Shown here: one piece after another, positions 57,493-64,000 of the stretch
Layout: the number at the start of each line of letters is the position of its first letter
How positions within the stretch are numbered: position 1 is the first letter of the stretch
Origin: a bacterium
GTDB lineage: Bacteria; Patescibacteriota; Dojkabacteria; JAKAPS01; JAJZLI01
DNA length: 64,000 nt
Direction of reading: 5' to 3'
Assembly: GCA_021846685.1 (NCBI GenBank)
Contig: JAJZWL010000005.1
Span: 4,722 to 68,721 of the forward strand
Notes under the pieces: model-generated
The model's database searches: none
Seen by the model: the letters and a program-made list of their open reading frames with translations, nothing else
Told to the model about the DNA's origin: nothing
Translations under genes and position numbers: made by a program

Positions 57493-57903
57493 TTATTTAA
57501 TAGAAATGCTTTTTGGCTTAGCCTGTTCTGATTTAGGAAGGGTTAAAGATAATACTCCATTTTTATATTCAGCATCAGCTTTATCACTCACTACGCTAGA
57601 TGGTAGTGTGATTGATCTTGCTATGCTTTGAGTTTTAATTTCTTTTTTATAGTATTTCTTCCCTTTATCTTCTTTTTCTTCATTTGCTTCAGCCTTTATA
57701 GTTAAATTATCTCCAACTACAGTTACAGTAAAATCTGATTTTTCAAATCCTGGAGCCTTCATTTTTACAACTACATTATCATTCTCTTCATAAATATCAA
57801 TTGATCCTGCTCCTGTTTGAAAAAAAGAATCTAAATCAAAATCATCTTCATCAAATACCCTAGGCATTCCCCAGTTGTATGGTGTCCATCTTGTTATTGC
57901 CAT
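57493..57903 (-). CDS. Small heat-shock protein of the Hsp20 / alpha-crystallin family.
   Basis: It has an alpha-crystallin domain (..IDIYEENDNVVVKMKAPGFEKSDFTVTVVGDNLTIKAE..YKNGVLSLTLPK). The predicted start MAITRW is preceded by an AGGAGGTGAAAA SD on the minus strand. Confidence 0.85.
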   Translation of the reverse strand: MAITRWTPYNWGMPRVFDEDDFDLDSFFQTGAGSIDIYEENDNVVVKMKAPGFEKSDFTVTVVGDNLTIKAEANEEKEDKGKKYYKKEIKTQSIARSITLPSSVVSDKADAEYKNGVLSLTLPKSEQAKPKSISIK

Positions 57904-58003
57904 AATTTTTTCACCTCCTTTATTATCACTCTAATGTTAACTCTGATAATATTTTACAATGACTCTTTTTATTTGTCAAGACTTGTTTGCTATAATGTAA
58001 TGC

Positions 58004-59134
58004 ATGGATGATATTACTTTTATACATACCGCAGATATACACTTAGGGAGGAAATTTAATTATCTAAAAGATAAGGCTGGGGATGCTAGAGAGCATCTTT
58101 TTGAGGTATTGAAAAAAATATCTGATCTTGCTATAGAGAAAAAAGTAAAATTTATAATAATTGCAGGAGATCTTTTTGATTCTACAAATCCTGATTTATA
58201 TTCTGTTGGGAAGTTTTTAAATTTTGTATCTGTTTTGGCTGGTCAAAAAATTAGAGTAGTGGTTCTCCCTGGAACTCATGACTATTTATCTGAAAATGGA
58301 ATATATTCTAATAAGAATCTTTTTAATGCATATAAAAATTTATTTATCTTTAATGATCCTATTATTCGTAGTGTTACTTTCGAAGATTTATCTGTAACTT
58401 TATATGCATATCCTCCTGTAGCCAATAAGATGGATAAATCACCTATATCTGGATTTAATATGGATGATGATGTCTCTTTGTATAGAATTATAATAGCTCA
58501 TGGGTCGGTTCAAATCCCAGGGAAATCAGACCCTAAAGATAGTCCAATTACTTTTGAAGAGATTGAAAGCTCAAAAGCCTCATATATAGCATTAGGACAT
58601 TGGCATCAAAATTTAGATTTTACAAGAAAAGTGCCTTGTTTTTATAGTGGTTCTCCTGAATTAATTGATATTGATCAGAGTGAATCGGGATTTGTTATGT
58701 ATGGTGACCTTAGTAAAGGTATATATGAGAGTATAAAGGTTGGAGATAGATATTTTGATGAATTAAGTATTCCTCTTTCAAATATACATACTCCAGAACA
58801 GTTAGTGGAAAAAATTATATCAAATGCTAATTTAAACCTTATTAGAAAAGTTGTCTTAATAGGAAAGAAGCCTAAAGAAATTGTTGGTATTAATTTTGAT
58901 ATTTTAAAAAAAGAGCTTTCTGCTAATTTTTATTTTTTAATAATTGAAGATAAGTCTGAATTCAGTATTGATAAATCAATAGATTATGAGTTATTGTCTC
59001 CTATTGAAAAAAGTTATATATCTAATTTAAAAGATTTAATAGAGAAAACTCAAGATAATAAAGAGAAAGAGATGTATACTGAGGCATTAGAAATTGGATA
59101 TGCATTATTAAATGGGAGAAATGATATATTATGA
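58004..59134 (+). CDS. sbcD: SbcD/Mre11-family DNA repair exonuclease (calcineurin-like phosphoesterase).
   Basis: Metallophosphoesterase motifs are present: FIHTADIHLG, IIAGDLFD, LPGTHD, GHWH. Confidence 0.8.
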   Translation: MDDITFIHTADIHLGRKFNYLKDKAGDAREHLFEVLKKISDLAIEKKVKFIIIAGDLFDSTNPDLYSVGKFLNFVSVLAGQKIRVVVLPGTHDYLSENGIYSNKNLFNAYKNLFIFNDPIIRSVTFEDLSVTLYAYPPVANKMDKSPISGFNMDDDVSLYRIIIAHGSVQIPGKSDPKDSPITFEEIESSKASYIALGHWHQNLDFTRKVPCFYSGSPELIDIDQSESGFVMYGDLSKGIYESIKVGDRYFDELSIPLSNIHTPEQLVEKIISNANLNLIRKVVLIGKKPKEIVGINFDILKKELSANFYFLIIEDKSEFSIDKSIDYELLSPIEKSYISNLKDLIEKTQDNKEKEMYTEALEIGYALLNGRNDIL

Positions 59135-61191
59135 AGATTAAAAAAATTACAGTATATAATTTCAGGCAAATTGAGAAAAAAGAATATTCTTTTAAAGATG
59201 GAATTAACGTTGTATCTGGGCCAAATGAATCTGGGAAAACAACTCTTTTTCATATTATTCTTTCAGTTTTATTTGATAACCCAAAGAAAATCAGGAAATC
59301 CCTTTTAGATACATATAGACCATGGAATAAAGATATATATCCTGTAATAGATGCTGTTTTGGAGAAGGATAATGTTGAATATAATATACATAAGGATTTT
59401 AATACTAAAAAAATAACTCTTAATGGTGAGAATTTAGAAAATTTTGATAAATTTAGTCTTGATTTTATGGGTTTAGATATAAATGTATTTAAAAAACTTT
59501 CTTGTGTATATCAAAATCAAATATCTGCAATTGAAGAAGATTCGAAAGCATTAGAAAAATCAGTATTAGATATAGTATCTTCAACTACCACAACAGGTCT
59601 AAATGTATTAGATGCAATATCAAAAGTATCTAAAAAGCTTCAAAATATGAAGTTGGGAGTAGATAGAATATCTAAGAATATTGGTATTATTAAATCTTTA
59701 GAGATTGATATAACTAATTTAGAGGAAAAACTAAAAATATTAAAAGAAGATTTTTCTTCTCATTCAACTCAAGTATCTGAGTTAGAAAAAATGAAAAAGG
59801 AAAAAGAAGATTTAGATAAAAAATTTAATGAAAATAAAATCTTTATAGATAATGTTAAAAAATCAAAAGAATTAGACACTTCGTTAAAGGAAATTACCAG
59901 TAAAATGAAAGATATAGATCTTAAAATTAATAGACTTAATAAGCTATATTCAGACTTAGATAGGGTTAAAAAAGAATTCTCTTTAAAAGAATTTGAAAAT
60001 ATGAATCTAATGCAAAATGAAATTCTAAATTTGAGAAATAGTATAGAATTAAGAGAGAAGGACTTAAAAGACGTATCTAGTAAGAAAGAGGAGATTGATA
60101 AAATGGGGTTAAAACCTATTAGAAAAAACTCAGCTATTGTATATATTGTGAGTATTATATTATTTGCAGGCACTATTGTGACAGCATTTTTTGGATACTA
60201 TCTTGTAGTATCTATTTTTATAGATATAATTTTTATTGGATTGTATCTTAGGTTTGTTGATTATAATAGATTAGAAAATTTTGAAAATCCAGCAATAGAC
60301 AGTGTTACTCAAATAGATAATGAGATAAAAGGATATAAAACTACTCTTTCAGGTATTTTGAACTCTTTTGGAGTTTCATCTATAGATGATTTTTTCAGAA
60401 AAAAAACTAGCTTCCTCTCTTCAAAAGAAGAATTATTGAAAATTGAATCTACTATTAAAGGTATTTTAGGTAAAGATACTCTTGATACTTTAGAAGGTCA
60501 GATATCTGAGTTATCTGTACAAAAAAGGGATTTAAACACTGAGCTTACTGATGAATTGAAAGATTCTATATCAATTGATCCAATTTTATTAAATAGAAAG
60601 AGGATAGAAAATGAGGAATTAGATCTAGATTTATTTTCTTTGAATGAAGAGATAATTTCTTTGGAATCTAGAATTTCTGATACTAGTGTATCAAATGAAG
60701 ATATTGAGCAATTAGAAATTAACATTAAAAGTAAAAAAGAGGAGAAAGAATTTTATATAAGAAGAATGAAAATATTAGAAATTGTTGAAAAAAATCTTAA
60801 AATTGCTAAGGATAGCACTATTGAAAATATTTCTGTGGATTTAAACAAATTAGGGAGTGAGTGGATTAGTAAGATTACTGAAGGTAAATATACTAAATTA
60901 GATATAGTTAACAATGAAAAGATAAGTGTATTAGATCCTAGTATAAATAAATTTTTAAGTGCAGAAGATTTTCTTTCAACAGGATTAATGGATCAGATTT
61001 ATTTGTTATCAAGGCTTTCGATTTTACATATTGTGTTAAATAATAAATCGACTATAATGATGTTTGATGATCCATTTATTAATTTTGATAAAGAAAGGTT
61101 AGATAAGACAATTGATCTTCTAAAGTATTTTTCCAAAACTAATCAAATATTCTTGTTTACATGTCATAATTTTTTTTCTGATTTGATATGA
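59131..61191 (+). CDS. sbcC: SbcC/Rad50-like SMC-type ATPase with a central transmembrane hairpin.
   Basis: N-terminal Walker A VSGPNESGKTT. A long coiled coil. C-terminal signature/Walker B/D-loop region (..LSTGLMDQIYLLSRLSIL..IMMFDDPFINFD). ATGA overlap with sbcD. The central segment AIVYIVSIILFAGTIVTAFFGYYLVVSIFIDIIFIGLYL is about 40 hydrophobic residues where a CxxC zinc hook would be expected. Confidence 0.7.
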   Translation: MKIKKITVYNFRQIEKKEYSFKDGINVVSGPNESGKTTLFHIILSVLFDNPKKIRKSLLDTYRPWNKDIYPVIDAVLEKDNVEYNIHKDFNTKKITLNGENLENFDKFSLDFMGLDINVFKKLSCVYQNQISAIEEDSKALEKSVLDIVSSTTTTGLNVLDAISKVSKKLQNMKLGVDRISKNIGIIKSLEIDITNLEEKLKILKEDFSSHSTQVSELEKMKKEKEDLDKKFNENKIFIDNVKKSKELDTSLKEITSKMKDIDLKINRLNKLYSDLDRVKKEFSLKEFENMNLMQNEILNLRNSIELREKDLKDVSSKKEEIDKMGLKPIRKNSAIVYIVSIILFAGTIVTAFFGYYLVVSIFIDIIFIGLYLRFVDYNRLENFENPAIDSVTQIDNEIKGYKTTLSGILNSFGVSSIDDFFRKKTSFLSSKEELLKIESTIKGILGKDTLDTLEGQISELSVQKRDLNTELTDELKDSISIDPILLNRKRIENEELDLDLFSLNEEIISLESRISDTSVSNEDIEQLEINIKSKKEEKEFYIRRMKILEIVEKNLKIAKDSTIENISVDLNKLGSEWISKITEGKYTKLDIVNNEKISVLDPSINKFLSAEDFLSTGLMDQIYLLSRLSILHIVLNNKSTIMMFDDPFINFDKERLDKTIDLLKYFSKTNQIFLFTCHNFFSDLI

Positions 61192-63038
61192 TTATATTAA
61201 AGAGATTTTATATTTATATACTTTTGTTTTTTGTATTTTTACTAATTTCTGCAAAGATTTTATTAGCGCAGAGTGTAAGTACTGTTAATGGGTATAATTC
61301 TCAAATAAATCAAGATAATCAAAAAATACAGCAATTGCAACAACAGGAGACTGCCTTAAAAAACTCAATGAATTCTCAAATTTCAAATAAGAATAGTATT
61401 TTATCTAATTTATATAATATTAATTCTAATATATATACTTATGAGAATAATATAGGGAAGATAAGGACATTAATAGCCAACTTAGATTCATTAAATATAA
61501 AAAATCAACAAAAAGTTAAAAAAGATATTAAGATAAAAAATAAAATAGAAAATTCTATATATATTAATTTACAGATAAATCCGTTGTACTATATTATTTC
61601 TTCTGCAGATTTTAATAAAGCTATTGTGAATATATATCTTAATTTATCTCAATTTTCTTCATATAAGTCAAAAATATTAGCCATTAATAAGGAGATAAAT
61701 AGTATAAATGTTAATCTTTCAAAACAAAAAAACTTTGAATCTCAACTTGTTGTAGAAGAAAATAGTCTTAAGCCAATACAAGAAAGTTTATATTCAAAGT
61801 TAAATAGTACTAATAATGCAATAAATAATACTAATAATTCAATAAATCAAGTTGGCGGGAAAATATCTTCATTACAGCAAGATATTCAAAAATTAAATAA
61901 TTTGGAAGCTTTAGCACAAGCAAAAGCTTCTTCTCAGAATAATGCAGCTCCACCTCCAGAAGTTAATAATCCTAAGCCAGCATCTTCTGCCAATACTAGT
62001 CCGAATACTTTCCAATTTACTTCATATGGCTTCGGTAATCCTATGGGAATGTCTCAATATGGGATGTTAGGTATGGCTCAAAAAGGATATAATTATTCTC
62101 AAATTGCTACTAATTATTATCAAGGGAGCTCTTTATCTACTATATCTAATTTAGATAATACAACAGTAAATGTCCCAGGTTATGGTAATATGACATTACA
62201 GCATTATTTGGCAGGAATAGGGGAAGTCATTAATTCTTGGCCAAAACAAGCAATTGAAGCTCAAATAGTAATATCAAGAAGTTATGTCTTGTTTTACTTA
62301 GATCATTGTTCTGACTATAGTTCTTGTACACCTACAATGCCAACCTCAACAAATATTCCATCCACTGGGCCTTCTTTTCAACAGTATGATGGAGGAACTG
62401 CTAAGATGAGTGCTGTTGTAGCCACTGAAAATCAGGTATTAACATATAATGGATCATTAATAAATGCATTTTTTTCTTCTTCAAATGGAGGTTATGAAGA
62501 CAGTATAGGTACAGTGGAATGTGTTTTATGGAATAATTGTAATTATAATTCTTTTTTGTCAAATTATCTTAAGGGGAAAGTAGATCAGTTTGATACTCCT
62601 AGTATAGATCCTAATTATCAATATACTAATCCTCCTATGAATACTATTCAGCTTATTAATATTGTGAATACAGCACAAGCTTTATGTGCTGGAGTAAGTT
62701 CATGTTACTTATTTAATAATAATAATGGATCTTCTTCTTTTGATAATGCTTATTCTACAGACAATAGTAATACTAATAGTAATAACTCAACAAATGATAC
62801 ATTTACCAATATTAATAAATTCCTTACATCAAATGGTATATCTCCTATAAATTCAATAACTAATTTTTCAATATCTACAATGGGACAAATGCCTTATAAA
62901 ATAAACGTAAAAAGTCTTCATCACAATATAACTATTAATGCTGGAGTTTTTTGGTTAGCATTTCTATTAGTATCTCCTAACTATTCAAATTTTAATGATG
63001 ATTTAGTAGGATTTAGATACACAGTTAGTATACAATGA
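61188..63038 (+). CDS. SpoIID/LytB-domain protein with an N-terminal signal/TM segment and a long Gln/Asn-rich coiled coil.
   Basis: The C-terminal region HYLAGIGEVINSWPKQAIEAQIVISRSYVLFYL...ENQVLTYNGSLINAFFSSSNGGYEDS matches the SpoIID core (..vp.sWp.EAlKAQAV.ARtYal....q.l.y.g..i.a.fhsssGG.Te). ATGA overlap with the sbcC-like gene. Confidence 0.65.
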   Translation: MIILKRFYIYILLFFVFLLISAKILLAQSVSTVNGYNSQINQDNQKIQQLQQQETALKNSMNSQISNKNSILSNLYNINSNIYTYENNIGKIRTLIANLDSLNIKNQQKVKKDIKIKNKIENSIYINLQINPLYYIISSADFNKAIVNIYLNLSQFSSYKSKILAINKEINSINVNLSKQKNFESQLVVEENSLKPIQESLYSKLNSTNNAINNTNNSINQVGGKISSLQQDIQKLNNLEALAQAKASSQNNAAPPPEVNNPKPASSANTSPNTFQFTSYGFGNPMGMSQYGMLGMAQKGYNYSQIATNYYQGSSLSTISNLDNTTVNVPGYGNMTLQHYLAGIGEVINSWPKQAIEAQIVISRSYVLFYLDHCSDYSSCTPTMPTSTNIPSTGPSFQQYDGGTAKMSAVVATENQVLTYNGSLINAFFSSSNGGYEDSIGTVECVLWNNCNYNSFLSNYLKGKVDQFDTPSIDPNYQYTNPPMNTIQLINIVNTAQALCAGVSSCYLFNNNNGSSSFDNAYSTDNSNTNSNNSTNDTFTNINKFLTSNGISPINSITNFSISTMGQMPYKINVKSLHHNITINAGVFWLAFLLVSPNYSNFNDDLVGFRYTVSIQ

Positions 63039-63080
63039 TATATGTAATTGATTTCTTAAATATGTTATTATTCTATTTAC

Positions 63081-64000
63081 AATGAAGCTTGATGTTAGTA
63101 TAAGTAATTATATACCTAAAAATAATAGCAAAAAAAACTTTTCACATGTTTATATGCATGTACCAGAAAGTGAGGAATTATTAGAGGTAAGAGGAAAATT
63201 GTTTTCTGCTATTAATGTTACTAGTAAAGAAGATATTGAGCTTGTAGATATAATTAATGAATTCTTAGATGATCTAGAAGCAGAATATTTTTCTGATGAA
63301 GTTTCCAGTATTGTTAATATATTAGATAAATCAATTACAGATGCATATGAAAGATTATCAAAAAAAATAGTTGAATTGAATCTTACTTCAAATGTAGATT
63401 TTAATGTAGGATGCTTTGTACTCTGGGGTGATATAGCATATATGGCAAGAATCGGGAATTCTAGTATTTGCCTATACAGAGAATCAAAATTAATGAATCT
63501 GTCTGAACATCTTCTTGCAGTAGGAACTAGTATTGTATCTACTGCAAGTGGTTATGCAAAAGATGGAGATGTTTTTTTACTTTCTACTTCAAATATAAGT
63601 CGTGAGTTATCAGATAATCAAATAAAAGAAATTTGTGAAAAAAATCAAGAAGATATTAATAAATTAGATTTAGGAGATAAGAATATATCTTTTCTGTCCA
63701 TGAAAATTGAGGCTACAGGGAATGAAGTGGTAGATGAAGTGTTAAAAGAAGATACTCTTGAAGAAACCATCAATAATAGTGAATCAATCACTAATAATAA
63801 TAATGATGAAGAGGTATTAGATGAAAAAAATATAAAACAAGAGACTCCTCATATGGCTGAAGATGTATTAGAAGAGGATGTTGTTAATAATCATGTAGAG
63901 GAAAAAGGAACTTTTATAAAAAATTCTCTTAATGACTTTGATCTTAAGGGGAATACAAAAAAAGCATATTCGTATATAATAGATACAACAAAAGATGCTT
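63081..64000 (+). CDS. Partial ORF (3' end beyond the window), possibly with a PP2C/SpoIIE-like phosphatase domain.
   Basis: Open frame from the ATG at 63081 to the window end. ..FVLWGDIAYMARIGNSSICLYRESKLMNLSEHLL..AKDGDVFLLSTSNI loosely resembles PP2C motifs (vGDSR.y..r...l..lT.DH and ..gD.lLLcSDGl). Confidence 0.3.

Noticed and set aside
58501-58520. The tRNA-like T-loop motif GGTTCAAATCC.
   Set aside because: It lies inside the sbcD coding frame (..HGSVQIPGK..) with no flanking acceptor or anticodon stem complementarity. It is coincidental.
3159-60725. Numerous short ORFs in the track embedded in or antisense to long well-supported genes (e.g. 3159..3377, 3437..3667, 5774..6022, 5917..6174, 11535..11771, 17420..17629, 24476..24766, 25041..25241, 30028..30225, 33898..34326, 36870..37151, 41192..41404, 44877..45059, 45999..46181, 46110..46298, 48079..48261, 54106..54329, 55042..55242, 56136..56357, 59050..59253, 59769..60173, 60498..60725).
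   Set aside because: They have AT-rich low-complexity translations lying inside confidently assigned CDSs on the opposite strand or in another frame, which is typical of spurious ORFs in AT-rich DNA.
1-64000. CRISPR arrays, rRNA and tRNA genes.
   Set aside because: No regularly spaced direct repeats with unique spacers were seen, and no GC-rich structured stretches of tRNA or rRNA length. The only periodic repeats are coding ones (the 21-bp heptad repeat and the 42-aa protein repeats).

Overview
The window is strongly AT-rich bacterial DNA and is densely coding. Long ORFs end at TAA, TAG and TGA, and GroEL reads through intact, so it uses the standard genetic code. The gene style suggests a small-genome, CPR/Patescibacteria-like or similar bacterium, but that is inference only. 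Contents, in order: (1) A large cell-surface glycan biosynthesis locus spanning about 2.8-46.9 kb. It holds at least a dozen GT2/GT4 glycosyltransferases, two of them giant tandem-GT2 proteins, one of which is fused to a methyltransferase and a coiled coil. It also has a sugar nucleotidyltransferase, two SAM methyltransferases, two polyprenol-phosphate glycosyltransferases, a GT-C-like membrane protein and a MurJ-like flippase. Accessory insertions interrupt it: a divergently arranged AbrB-fold/PIN (VapBC-like) pair, a degraded patch with RhuM and GT2 pseudogene fragments and KTSC-domain genes, and an island that looks mobile, carrying an S51 peptidase, a VirD4-like ATPase, a replication-relaxation-family protein, an SDR and an AbiE-like toxin-antitoxin pair. 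(2) Two adjacent secreted hydrolases, a subtilisin S8 and a GH18-like enzyme, that share a C-terminal module of six ~42-aa repeats. (3) groES-groEL, an AAA ATPase and a UvrD-like helicase fused to a Cas4/AddB-like nuclease, followed by a decayed duplicate of its own 3' end. (4) The most unusual part: seven tandem paralogous genes at 53.7-57.4 kb. Their products share a C-terminal hydrophobic-helix / charged-loop / Gly-rich-helix module that resembles VirB2/TrbC conjugative pilins, attached to highly variable N-terminal ectodomains of 0 to about 270 aa. (5) Hsp20, an SbcD/SbcC-like pair whose SbcC coiled coil carries a transmembrane hairpin, a coiled-coil SpoIID-domain protein, and a partial PP2C-like ORF at the right edge. 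No rRNA, tRNA or CRISPR array was found by eye.
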